Shown here: piece after piece, positions 19,120 to 28,134 of the stretch
Position numbering within the stretch: the stretch's first letter is position 1
Layout: every line of letters begins with the position of its first letter
Assembly (NCBI GenBank): GCA_964596525.1
Contig: CAZQUL010000001.1
Coordinates: 524,830 to 588,829, forward strand
Length of the DNA: 64,000 nt
DNA from: an uncultured Gammaproteobacteria bacterium
GTDB taxonomy: Bacteria > Patescibacteriota > Patescibacteriia > Magasanikbacterales > GWA2-37-8
Direction of reading: 5' to 3'
The notes under the pieces: model-generated
The model's input: only the letters and a program-made list of their open reading frames with translations
Told to the model about the DNA's origin: nothing
Database searches by the model: none
Position numbers and translations under genes: made by a program

Positions 19120-21450
19120 ATGCCATTTCATCTTTCCTCGGCCTATAAACCCTCTGGTGACCAACCTAAAGCCATCGACGATCTTGCTGCCGGGCTTACC
19201 AAAGGTTTTAAAAAACAAACTCTGCTTGGCGTTACCGGTTCGGGTAAGACCTTCACCATGGCGAACGTCATTGCGCGCGTCCAGAAGCCGACGCTCGTCA
19301 TTGCCCACAACAAAACCCTCGCCGCGCAGCTCTGCAACGAATTCCGCGAATTTTTTCCCAAAAACGCGGTGGAATATTTCGTGTCGTACTACGATTACTA
19401 CCAGCCTGAAGCGTACATGCCAGGCTCGGACACGTATATCGAAAAAGAAGCGCAGGTTAACGAAGAGATCGACCGCTTGCGGCATGCCTGCACGCAGGCG
19501 CTTTTGACGCGTGACGACGTGATTATCGTCGCGTCCGTCTCCGCGATCTATGGTTTGGGTTCACCCAAAGAATACGAAAAAATTGTTCTCCACCTCAACG
19601 TCGGCGACGAGCTGGATCGCCGCGGCATGATGGAGCGGCTCATTGAGATGCAGTTTGAACGCACCAACTCTGACTTGCGCCGTGGCACCTTCCGCATGCA
19701 CGGCCAGATTTTCGAGATCATGCCGGTGAACGAGGAGTTCATCTATCGTTTTGAGATCGGCAATCGCATTGAGCGGATCGATCGCATCAATCCCGTGACG
19801 CGAAAATCCACACTTCAGGTGCAATCGCTCGAAGACGCGTGGTTCTTTCCGGCCAAGCATTACGTGGCGTCGCCTGAAGCGCGAGAGCGGGCGTTTTCGT
19901 CCATCAAACAAGAGCTAGCCGAGCAGCTCGCTGTTTTTGAAAAACAAGGCAAGGTTTTGGAGTATGAACGCCTCAAACGGCGCGTCAGTTACGATCTCGA
20001 GATGATCAAGAATCTCGGTTATTGCAACGGCATCGAAAATTATTCGCGTCATTTTGAAGGCCGGGCTGCGGGCGAACCTTCGTTCACGCTTTTGGATTAT
20101 TTCTTGCATTCTTCAGGCCGTGCCCTGGGAGATCGTGATTCTAAAAACGGAGGGATTGCTTCGCTACCGCTCGCAATGACAGAGAATGGCGGAGGCTATC
20201 TCACGATCATCGATGAATCGCACGTTACTATTCCGCAGCTCCAGGGCATGTACAACGGCGATCGGGCGCGCAAAGATACGCTTGTTGAACACGGCTTTCG
20301 GCTTCCGAGTGCGCGCGACAACCGACCGCTCCGCTATGAAGAATTCGAAGCACGCACCGAACAGGTGGTGTACGTTTCTGCAACACCGAGTAAGTACGAG
20401 ATCGGGGAAAGCGCGCAGGTCGTGGAGCAGGTCGTGCGCCCGACCGGTCTTGTCGATCCCGAAGTCATTGTTAAACCAATTACTCCTGGCCATACGGTCA
20501 TTGCGAGGAGGGACGAAGGAATGACAAAGCAATCCCCCAAACCCACTTCGGACTCTGATGGTAAAGTTAGCTCCGATAACGAAGGGATTGCTTCGTCCTC
20601 CGCTGCGCTTCGTCCTCGCAATGACGGTGAAAGTAGCCTTTCCCAGATTGATGATCTTTTGATTCGTATTCAGGAACGTATCAAGATCAACGAGCGCATC
20701 CTCGTGACGACGCTCACCAAAAAAATGGCCGAAGATCTCACCGAATTTTTGCAGGAGAAAAAAATCAAGGTCAAATACCTGCACAGCGATATCGATACCA
20801 TCGAGCGCATCGAGGTGATTACGGATTTGCGTCTCGGTAAGATCGACGTGATCGTCGGCGTAAACCTTTTGCGTGAAGGTTTGGACATGCCCGAAGTTTC
20901 GCTCGTCGCGATTCTCGATGCCGACAAAGAAGGGTTTCTCCGCAGTGAAACCTCACTCATTCAGACTATCGGCCGCGCAGCGCGCAACGTGAACGGTCAG
21001 GTCGTCTTGTACGCCGATGAGATTACCGGCTCGATGGAACGCGCTATTAAAGAAACCGAACGACGTCGTGCGATCCAGCTTGCGTATAACAAAGAACACG
21101 GCATTACGCCCAAAACGATTCAGAAAGCCATCCGCAACATGCTGGAAGAGTTTGGTTTGTCCACTAAAGAAGATCGTGAGATTAAAACCAAAAAAGCCCG
21201 CTCTGGCAGTCGGGGTAGTGTGACGGATTTAGATATCTTAGGCGACAACCGGCCGCTCAAAGAAATCATCAAAGATAAAGAAAACCAGATGAAAGAAGCG
21301 GCTCAGAAACTCGAGTTTGAACTCGCGGCGATTTTACGCGATGAGTTGCGTGAGCTGCGGGCGCGTGAGAAAAGCATGGAAAAAAGCGGCAGCCGTTCGA
21401 AGCAGAAAGGGGCAAAAATCACTCTTACAAAACCGGAAGACTTATCGTAA
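19120..21450 (+). CDS. uvrB: Excinuclease ABC subunit B with two in-frame insertions
   Basis: 776-aa product. GVTGSGKTFTMANVI is the Walker A. The beta-hairpin region, DESHVTIPQ, helicase motifs and the C-terminal UvrC-interaction coiled coil (ELRELRAREK) are present. It is about 100 aa longer than typical UvrB because of insertions at about 20110-20200 and 20470-20640. Confidence 0.95.
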   Translation: MPFHLSSAYKPSGDQPKAIDDLAAGLTKGFKKQTLLGVTGSGKTFTMANVIARVQKPTLVIAHNKTLAAQLCNEFREFFPKNAVEYFVSYYDYYQPEAYMPGSDTYIEKEAQVNEEIDRLRHACTQALLTRDDVIIVASVSAIYGLGSPKEYEKIVLHLNVGDELDRRGMMERLIEMQFERTNSDLRRGTFRMHGQIFEIMPVNEEFIYRFEIGNRIERIDRINPVTRKSTLQVQSLEDAWFFPAKHYVASPEARERAFSSIKQELAEQLAVFEKQGKVLEYERLKRRVSYDLEMIKNLGYCNGIENYSRHFEGRAAGEPSFTLLDYFLHSSGRALGDRDSKNGGIASLPLAMTENGGGYLTIIDESHVTIPQLQGMYNGDRARKDTLVEHGFRLPSARDNRPLRYEEFEARTEQVVYVSATPSKYEIGESAQVVEQVVRPTGLVDPEVIVKPITPGHTVIARRDEGMTKQSPKPTSDSDGKVSSDNEGIASSSAALRPRNDGESSLSQIDDLLIRIQERIKINERILVTTLTKKMAEDLTEFLQEKKIKVKYLHSDIDTIERIEVITDLRLGKIDVIVGVNLLREGLDMPEVSLVAILDADKEGFLRSETSLIQTIGRAARNVNGQVVLYADEITGSMERAIKETERRRAIQLAYNKEHGITPKTIQKAIRNMLEEFGLSTKEDREIKTKKARSGSRGSVTDLDILGDNRPLKEIIKDKENQMKEAAQKLEFELAAILRDELRELRAREKSMEKSGSRSKQKGAKITLTKPEDLS
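20146..20200 (+). repeat. Short inverted-repeat motif (gggattgcttcg ... ctcgcaatgac) inserted in-frame in uvrB, copy 1
   Basis: ggagGGATTGCTTCGctaccgCTCGCAATGACagagaatgg encodes the extra peptide ...SKNGGIASLPLAMTENGGG..., which is absent from canonical UvrB. Confidence 0.5.
20524..20640 (+). repeat. Second in-frame uvrB insertion carrying the same motif (gaaGGGATTGCTTCG ... CTCGCAATGAC) plus an inverted partial copy (aaGCAATCCC)
   Basis: acaaaGCAATCCCcc lies at about 20527 and gaaGGGATTGCTTCGtcctccgctgcgcttcgtcCTCGCAATGACggtgaaag at 20581-20637. It encodes ...SDNEGIASSSAALRPRNDGES..., inserted between the helicase domain and the conserved QIDDLL block. Confidence 0.5.
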
Positions 21451-21519
21451 GTGGGGATAAAATTTTTCTAAATTTTTGTGCTATAGTAATCCCGCTCCGT
21501 AGTGGAGTAGGAGAGTGTT

Positions 21520-21822
21520 ATGAAGCGGATCTTGGCTTATGCCTTAGGGGTAGTCGTTTCTTGCCAGCTTCTTTCTCTGTGTTTTGTTTTTCCCGTGCGG
21601 GCCGAGGCAGATGCCGAGATTACGTCCGGCGGATTACCGTGGAACCCGAGAAACAGCAGAGAGTACAAAGATATGGTCTTGCCAAAGTCATCCGGGTGCG
21701 GAAATTCTTCTTTTTCGTCTTCATCATCCTCTTCAGATGGCGGTGGGGTCACCATGATAACCTGTCCGGGCGGGGGAGTTGCTGAGCGCTACCAAGATTG
21801 CCCGGTTATCATCGAACCCTAG
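21520..21822 (+). CDS. Small secreted protein (signal peptide, PWNP motif, poly-Ser)
   Basis: MKRILAYALGVVVSCQLLSLCFVFPVRA is signal-peptide-like. The GGLPWNPRNSREY motif is shared with the next ORF. Confidence 0.5.
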   Translation: MKRILAYALGVVVSCQLLSLCFVFPVRAEADAEITSGGLPWNPRNSREYKDMVLPKSSGCGNSSFSSSSSSSDGGGVTMITCPGGGVAERYQDCPVIIEP

Positions 21823-21899
21823 TTTTCCGACGGACTGCTGACAAATACGCATCTGCGTGTTACAATCGCGTATGCCGACACAAAGGCAGGAGTTGTACC

Positions 21900-22214
21900 A
21901 TGAGCTTAGCTAGACTAGGAATGAGCTTGGTGATGGCTTTTCAACTGGGTTCGCTGTGTTTAGGTATTGCCTTGCCGGGGTGTGCCGAAACGTCTTCCAC
22001 TACGTCCGGCGAGGCAACCCCGTGGAATCCGGCGAGTGCTGAGGAATTAATACGGACGCGCAGAACGTATTCGCGTGGGTGCCATAGCGATAACGATGCA
22101 GCGTCGAGCACCCCATCAACGGACGGAGCTTCTTTAGGTGGCAATCCACCACAGCTAGAGCCCCGTATCGAACCGCAGGCTCCGAGCTTTCCCAATCCAG
22201 CGGAAAAGCTGTAG
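21900..22214 (+). CDS. Small secreted protein, paralog of 21520..21822 (PWNP motif)
   Basis: AAAGGCAGGAG RBS. MSLARLGMSLVMAFQLGSLCLGIALPGCA is signal-peptide-like. GEATPWNPASAEE carries the shared motif. Confidence 0.5.
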   Translation: MSLARLGMSLVMAFQLGSLCLGIALPGCAETSSTTSGEATPWNPASAEELIRTRRTYSRGCHSDNDAASSTPSTDGASLGGNPPQLEPRIEPQAPSFPNPAEKL

Positions 22215-22402
22215 TACGTCCTAATTAAAAATCCGGGAGGAAAGAACCGCATCACAGCGGTTTTTTTAATTGACCCTCGCTTATATGATAATCCCGAAAT
22301 ACTATTGACAATATCATTGAAATGCTCTAGCGTAAAGACGCTCTTTTCTCTGGTTGTGCCTGCATGCAGGCATCTATGGTCTTTTACCAACGATGGAGGT
22401 TG

Positions 22403-22813
22403 ATGATGCGAGGCATCGTATCTGCTCTGTTGACCGTCTTGGGTGTTTTTGGGACCACTGTGCCCACGGCACAGGCCGATAACGAGACCGTTCCTACGAT
22501 CGTTCTGGCGGATTATTCGCTCGACAATATCGCCGGGACGACGCACGTGCAGGATTGCACAGCTGATTTCAAGATCGTGGCCACGACCGAGGATGGGCAA
22601 AGAATTCGGATCAGCTACACGACCGCTGCTCCCAAAATCGTGATCATGTTTTGCGATGGTTGGGAAATCGGGAGGTTTTTTAGGCTAGTCGACAAGCTCG
22701 AGGTAATTTCTTGCCTTAACCCGAAATCAAGCCTCTGGCGAGTGTATACCGGCACCGAATCGTATACCAGCCGTACCTACGCCTGCGCCACGCGACCACC
22801 CACGCCGCGGTAA
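22403..22813 (+). CDS. Secreted hypothetical protein
   Basis: GGAGGT RBS. MMRGIVSALLTVLGVFGTTVPTAQA is signal-peptide-like. About 135-aa product. Confidence 0.5.
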   Translation: MMRGIVSALLTVLGVFGTTVPTAQADNETVPTIVLADYSLDNIAGTTHVQDCTADFKIVATTEDGQRIRISYTTAAPKIVIMFCDGWEIGRFFRLVDKLEVISCLNPKSSLWRVYTGTESYTSRTYACATRPPTPR

Positions 22814-22999
22814 GCCTTTTTTATGACGAGCCCCCGACGGGGCTCTTTAGTTTTCGCCAGTGCAACCGTTCTTGACTCAAGCCTTGGCATCTTTTATAAT
22901 CCTTCGTTAGCCGTTTTTCGGTGTGATCGTGCGCGTCTCACGAAATGCGGTTTAACCTACTGCCGAGACCGTCAACAGCCCAAGCCAAAGAGGTGGATT

Positions 23000-24157
23000 A
23001 TGACCTTTGACCTCGAGTCGTTCGAAGAGTGGTGCGCGGCCGGGCGCATCTCGTTTCCCGATCTGTATACTAGTCTAACAGTCGATGCAAACGGCTGCTC
23101 CTTGGTTGGACCACTGCGGGTTGCTGACTCAGTAGGAGCTGATCTTTTCAGTCGTTATCCGCGAGCGGTCGAAAAACTTTTAGGCGTTCCGTTGGTAGAT
23201 TTCATCGAGCGGGAAGATTATGGTCGTGAGCGATCGCTTTTGGTGCAGCTCGCGATTGCAAATGCTGCGCTCTTTACCTACTTCGTCCGGCCGACGCAGT
23301 ATGGACGGCTGGTCACGCTCATGCTCGCGTGTGGATTCCTCTTGCATGCTGCAGCGGATTTTGTGCGGCGCCAGCTGCCGCGGTCGTTTGTGGCTGCTTT
23401 CATTGAGCGTGCCATCGCCGGAGGAAGAACCCTTCCGAGCGATTATCTCTTCAGCGACCGGTACTGGAAGCGTTCAGGTTCCTTCCTTAATGTCCTGTCG
23501 GCAAAGGAGCTCAAGCCGATCCTGTTGGCGGCAGTGAAACGAACGCCCCAGGCTGCGCTTGAGCATTGCTCCAGTATTATGAAACGGTTGGGCAAAGAAC
23601 TGGCCAGCGAAGTGCTCGCTGCGGCGATCGACGCTGCCTCGGGTGAAGAAATGGCCAGAACTCATGACCTGATGGCTTTGTCGCTAGATCTGCAGTTTCG
23701 GTACCTGGCTGTTCTTGACAGGTCGGAACAAATCAATAATCTGGAGTGGCTGCTCCGGCTCTGGAGTGCTGCTGAGGAGCGTCGCGAGCGTGAGCTTCTC
23801 GAGCGCGTTCTCGGGCGGTACCAGAACGTGGTTGTCCTCTGTCAGATGTGCGCCGAGCTTGAGGAGAAGAAGTGGGCACCCGCCGCGGCCACCGCCTACT
23901 GCGCCCGTGTGGCCGAGACGCGAGGTTATCTCATCGGCGAAGCCCGTCGGATGGACGAAGGATCCTCAGTGCGATTCGAAGTCCGCACGTCCGACGGAAC
24001 GGTGTACGTTCACGACCCGCTGGCGCACGTTCCGGATGGCTTCCGCGATCGTGATATCGTCATGTTCAACCGCCGCGCCCGCGTCCTGCAAGCGCCTCGC
24101 AACGGCGCTCCGTACTTTCACGTCAAGTTCAATCTCGTCATGCGCCGATTGAACTAG
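23000..24157 (+). CDS. Hypothetical cytoplasmic protein (385 aa), paralog of 24369..25502
   Basis: The C-terminal block YLIGEARRMDEGSSVRFEVRTSDGTVYVHDP...DIVMF aligns with YLFGQVSTSLFRGRLQYQVQLGGNVYIHNP...DTVVF in the next gene. The track ORF starts at 22823, but the ATG at 23000 is more plausible. Confidence 0.5.
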   Translation: MTFDLESFEEWCAAGRISFPDLYTSLTVDANGCSLVGPLRVADSVGADLFSRYPRAVEKLLGVPLVDFIEREDYGRERSLLVQLAIANAALFTYFVRPTQYGRLVTLMLACGFLLHAAADFVRRQLPRSFVAAFIERAIAGGRTLPSDYLFSDRYWKRSGSFLNVLSAKELKPILLAAVKRTPQAALEHCSSIMKRLGKELASEVLAAAIDAASGEEMARTHDLMALSLDLQFRYLAVLDRSEQINNLEWLLRLWSAAEERRERELLERVLGRYQNVVVLCQMCAELEEKKWAPAAATAYCARVAETRGYLIGEARRMDEGSSVRFEVRTSDGTVYVHDPLAHVPDGFRDRDIVMFNRRARVLQAPRNGAPYFHVKFNLVMRRLN

Positions 24158-24368
24158 TCGACTCGAAACTTGCCATCGATCGGAAAACCTCCGGTCGATT
24201 TTCATTTCGGTTTAGACCTTGACATCTGCCAAATTTTTAGCTAGTATCAAACGTTATCACGCTTCGTCACCCCTCTGTATTTTTTAGCTCAAGAAATATG
24301 CGGAAGGGTGATGAAATTCACCTGGTACGTTTACCGCCAACGCTCGTTGCGAGCAGAAAGGACCTGCC

Positions 24369-25502
24369 ATGTCGCTTGATGCCGGTATGTTGCGTGAGAA
24401 GCTTTGCAATGGATCGCTTACCCTCCTCGAGCTGGCTGAAGCCCTGCATACCTCTAAGCAGGGGGAGCGGATCTGGGAAATCGACATGGACAACGGATCG
24501 GTCATGTACGAACTGTGCGAGGAGTATCCCGAGAAGCTCGCCGCGCTCGTCGGCGCGGATCCGGTTGCGTACGTACTCGGGCATCCGGACAAGCGGGATC
24601 GGAAGGATTTAATGGGGATCTTTCTTACCGAGAAGATCTTTCCACACGTCGTACCGGAAGCGACCTGGGAAAAGGTCGTTGCCTTTCTCTACGACTACGA
24701 CGGTATCGTCGATGCGGCCACAGCCTACATCGCCCGCGGCCTCGACCGGCGCTTCGCCGTGCAGTGCCTGCTTACCGGGATTGAGCGTAATACGGATGGC
24801 ATCCTCTTAACCCTGCTCGATGAGGGGATCGGACTGCAGTACTGGACGAATAGAGAGTTTTGTCTCGGCATCCTCGATCCTCAGCATCGCGCTCGGGTGG
24901 TTCAGACCGTGGTCGAGCATTTTCCCAAAGCTGCACTTCTCAACCGGAATGTGTTGCTTACGGTAACCAAAGAAGATCGCCTGCGTGACATGATTGGTGC
25001 TGCCTTCAATAAAGTAGAAGACTACGACGGTCTGGCGCGCGAGGATTTGGCTTGGTTGCCGATCAGGACACAGTACGAGATCCTTCACAAGATCGAACCC
25101 CAGCCGTCGCTCAGAGTGGATTGTGCCTGGCTCATCGCGCTCTACGACAAGGTCTCTCCGACTCGCCAGACGATCATTCGGAGCGTACTTGGCCGCACGT
25201 CAATCAAGAAGCTCCTCCCGGTGCTCAAGACGTTTGCCTCGCCACATCCCCACCTTAAGACTTACTGTATCGATCGGTGTGTCAAAGAAGGTTATCTTTT
25301 CGGCCAGGTCAGCACTAGTTTGTTTCGTGGTCGCTTGCAGTACCAAGTGCAGCTTGGTGGCAACGTGTATATCCATAATCCGGAGGCCACAATGAGTCAC
25401 ATCCTCATGGCGGGGGACACGGTTGTCTTTAAGACACCTGCCAAACCCCTCGGCTATGGAGCGGCCAGCCGTAAATTCCTTGTCACCTTTATTCCCGCCT
25501 AG
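24369..25502 (+). CDS. Hypothetical cytoplasmic protein (377 aa), paralog of 23000..24157
   Basis: Shares the C-terminal module described for its neighbour. No signal peptide. Confidence 0.5.
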   Translation: MSLDAGMLREKLCNGSLTLLELAEALHTSKQGERIWEIDMDNGSVMYELCEEYPEKLAALVGADPVAYVLGHPDKRDRKDLMGIFLTEKIFPHVVPEATWEKVVAFLYDYDGIVDAATAYIARGLDRRFAVQCLLTGIERNTDGILLTLLDEGIGLQYWTNREFCLGILDPQHRARVVQTVVEHFPKAALLNRNVLLTVTKEDRLRDMIGAAFNKVEDYDGLAREDLAWLPIRTQYEILHKIEPQPSLRVDCAWLIALYDKVSPTRQTIIRSVLGRTSIKKLLPVLKTFASPHPHLKTYCIDRCVKEGYLFGQVSTSLFRGRLQYQVQLGGNVYIHNPEATMSHILMAGDTVVFKTPAKPLGYGAASRKFLVTFIPA

Positions 25503-25592
25503 CCCTACTGCACCCTTCGACCGGCCGCCCCGGTCGTTTCCTTTTTTAAAGAATTTTGCTAGGATTGAACCATCATTCCCCATCTTTTTCCC

Positions 25593-26672
25593 ATGCTCCT
25601 CGACCGCCTTGCCGATCTTGATAAAAAGATCGACGCTACCAAAACACTCCTCAAACTACCGGACCTTGCCCGTAAAGCCGAAGAGCTCGCCGCCGACATG
25701 AACCGCCCGGATTTTTGGTCTGACCAAAAACGCGCGCAAGCTACAGCGCAGGATTATCAAGATATTAAAAAAGAACTCGAACAATGGGCGCTGATCACCA
25801 AAGATGTTCAGGATCTTCTCGAACTCGCAACCGCCAAAGATCCGACGCTCGAAGCGGACCTCGAACGGCAGACCACGGAACTCGAAAAGCGTTTTCAGAC
25901 GTATGAACTTGCGGTCTTTTTAAACGGCCCGTACGACCGCCGCAATGCCATCGTCGCCGTGCATGCCGGGTCAGGCGGTACCGAGGCCCAAGATTGGTCG
26001 GCGATGCTGTATCGCATGCTCTACCGCTTTGCTGAACGCCAAGGGTGGAGCGTGCGCATCCTCGACGAATCGCGCGGTGCCGAGGCTGGTTACAAATCGC
26101 TTTTGTTTGAAGTAACAGGTCCCTTCGCATACGGTTACCTCAAATCCGAACACGGCGTGCACCGCCTGGTGCGCATTTCGCCCTTTGATGCCGAAAAAAT
26201 GCGTCACACGTCGTTTGCGCTCATTGAAGTCTTGCCCGAACTGGAAAACGAACTCGAGAATTTTAAGATCGATCCCAAAGATCTGCGCATCGACACCTTC
26301 ATGTCCGGTGGCAAAGGTGGGCAGAGCGTCAACACGACGTACTCAGCCGTACGCATCGTGCACATTCCTACGGGCATCAGCGTCTCGTGTCAAAACGAAC
26401 GTTCGCAGCAACAAAACAAAGACACCGCGATGAAAATTTTGCAAGCCAAACTCATGCGGCTCGAACAAGAAAAGCGCGCGGCCGAGCGCCAGGAACTGCG
26501 CGGTGAATACAAGTCCGCGGAGTGGGGGAATCAGATCCGTTCCTATGTATTGCATCCGTATCATCTCGTCAAAGATCATCGTACCGAGTTTGAATCAACT
26601 GACCCGGAAAGCGTTTTAGAAGGGGAGTTACTGCCGTTATCGGAAGCGTATCTGCGGTGGATAAAGATGTAG
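25593..26672 (+). CDS. prfB: Peptide chain release factor 2 (apparently no programmed +1 frameshift)
   Basis: GGQ motif (SGGKGGQSVNTTYSAVRIVHIPTGI). The SPF motif (RISPFDAEKMRHTSFA) is specific for RF2. The N-terminus aligns with E. coli RF2 from about residue 6 in a single ORF, and no CUU UGA C site is seen upstream. Confidence 0.9.
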   Translation: MLLDRLADLDKKIDATKTLLKLPDLARKAEELAADMNRPDFWSDQKRAQATAQDYQDIKKELEQWALITKDVQDLLELATAKDPTLEADLERQTTELEKRFQTYELAVFLNGPYDRRNAIVAVHAGSGGTEAQDWSAMLYRMLYRFAERQGWSVRILDESRGAEAGYKSLLFEVTGPFAYGYLKSEHGVHRLVRISPFDAEKMRHTSFALIEVLPELENELENFKIDPKDLRIDTFMSGGKGGQSVNTTYSAVRIVHIPTGISVSCQNERSQQQNKDTAMKILQAKLMRLEQEKRAAERQELRGEYKSAEWGNQIRSYVLHPYHLVKDHRTEFESTDPESVLEGELLPLSEAYLRWIKM

Positions 26673-26704
26673 CTAAACATTGAAGATTGATTAATAAAAA
26701 GTAA

Positions 26705-26735
26705 AACCCCTCCGAATCTTCGGAGGGGTTGTCTC
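26705..26735. terminator. Bidirectional intrinsic terminator
   Basis: aaCCCCTCCGaatcttCGGAGGGGtt. Confidence 0.6.
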
Positions 26736-26764
26736 ATTGCGAGACGAGAGCGGCCTGTTGACCG

Positions 26765-28006
26765 CTAGTTCGAGATGACCACATTGCCCCGGATCGGGGT
26801 GGTAAAGAGCGCGGGGTCGCAGCCCCGGGGCACCGTCTGGCCGTTGATGCCGTCGGTGAAGGTGCAGTCGATGAGATCGGCCGACAGCGTGCTCGGCACG
26901 TTCGGGATGCGGTCAAAGGTACTCCCGGTGCCGAAGGCGATCAAGAACGTCCGCCCCTTCGTGGTAAGCGGTACTCCCGCGGTCAGCGCATCACCCGGCA
27001 GCGCGACCTGCTGCATCCTAGCCCCCTCGAAGGTGTTCTGGCCGGCCTGGAAATCCCGGATCTTGATTTCGCCTTCGCCCACCTTGACGGTGGCGCACGG
27101 GTTGAACTCGTCGGTGACGTAGATGCCGTAGGGCAGGTAGTCGTTCGCCGGGTCGACGCCGGTTACGCGCCAGATGAACTGGAGCGCCTTGATCGTGCTC
27201 GATGACCCGTCCGACGACGGAAGGCCGACGAAGTCGAAGCCGCTCGCCCGTGCAATCGGCGCAACCGTCTGCGTGGAATAGCCGCCCGGAACGTTCTGCG
27301 CGGCGGCGATCGCGAACGTGTTCTTGAAGAGCTCCACGCTCCGGATCCCCGACGGGTAGGTGATGACCGCCGGGTACGTCCGCTTGCTCGTGAGTCCGTA
27401 CAGCATCGCGCCGACCACGCGCGCCTCGCCGATGATGCTGCGGGTGTCGGTGTGCCAGCTGCTTTGGGACAGATTGTCCCAGGTGTTGGCGCTGGCTACG
27501 GACTCAAGCGGCATCTCGTTGCCCGCAGGGATCTGGAGCGTCGACAGAAGCTGGTTCCATTCCATCGTCGTGTCGGAAGCGGCGTTTGCGGGCAGATCCT
27601 GACCGTTGGCAATCGCAGTCTCCCCAGCCTTGATACGGTAGTTCACGAAGCCGTTGTAGGCGGGGACGGTCGGTTCCTGCTTCACGCGCGAGCTCACTGC
27701 GAGCTTGAGCGAAATGATCTGCGTGGCCTCGTCCGTCGCCCCCTTGATCGAGCTCTGCCCGAACCTCACGTTCTGCGTGCCCATCGGGACGTAGTTCACA
27801 TCGGAGTTCTGCGCGACGACTGCAGGCTGGTAGACGCACCGGTTCGGCAGGGTGTCCGGCATCTGCGGTGCGTTCGTCGTCGCGGTTCCTTCGCCGCAGG
27901 CCATGAGGGACAGTGCAAAGGAGAAGCTGAGGCCCCGAAAAAGCTCTTGTTCTGGGGCATGGTCACTCCTTGGAAATCCTGAGTTTTCAAAAACGCCATG
28001 AAACAC
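26765..28006 (-). CDS. Large secreted lipoprotein-like hypothetical protein, high GC; the 5' end is ambiguous
   Basis: 413-aa ORF beginning at a GTG, with a lipobox-like ...FRGLSFSFALSLMACGEG. A canonical AAGGAG-N6-ATG exists but is one frame off, which suggests a possible frameshift at a T5 run (see findings). GC is about 62-66%. Confidence 0.55.
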   Translation of the reverse strand: MFHGVFENSGFPRSDHAPEQELFRGLSFSFALSLMACGEGTATTNAPQMPDTLPNRCVYQPAVVAQNSDVNYVPMGTQNVRFGQSSIKGATDEATQIISLKLAVSSRVKQEPTVPAYNGFVNYRIKAGETAIANGQDLPANAASDTTMEWNQLLSTLQIPAGNEMPLESVASANTWDNLSQSSWHTDTRSIIGEARVVGAMLYGLTSKRTYPAVITYPSGIRSVELFKNTFAIAAAQNVPGGYSTQTVAPIARASGFDFVGLPSSDGSSSTIKALQFIWRVTGVDPANDYLPYGIYVTDEFNPCATVKVGEGEIKIRDFQAGQNTFEGARMQQVALPGDALTAGVPLTTKGRTFLIAFGTGSTFDRIPNVPSTLSADLIDCTFTDGINGQTVPRGCDPALFTTPIRGNVVISN

Positions 28007-28017
28007 GGCGCGGGTAC

Positions 28018-28046
28018 AATGTACCTTATTTTAGCTGTTTTGTCAA
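28018..28046 (-). promoter_or_regulatory. Sigma70-like promoter (TTGACA - 17 nt - TACATT), near-identical copy of 18980..19008
   Basis: The minus strand reads ggtgatatcTTGACAaaacagctaaaataaggTACATTgtacc. Confidence 0.45.
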
Positions 28047-28134
28047 GATATCACCGGGCATATGCTTGAGTAATCTACGAAGTTGTTTAGCTACGTTACC
28101 TGTGGAATAATGATGATACATTTCTTCCTTTGTT

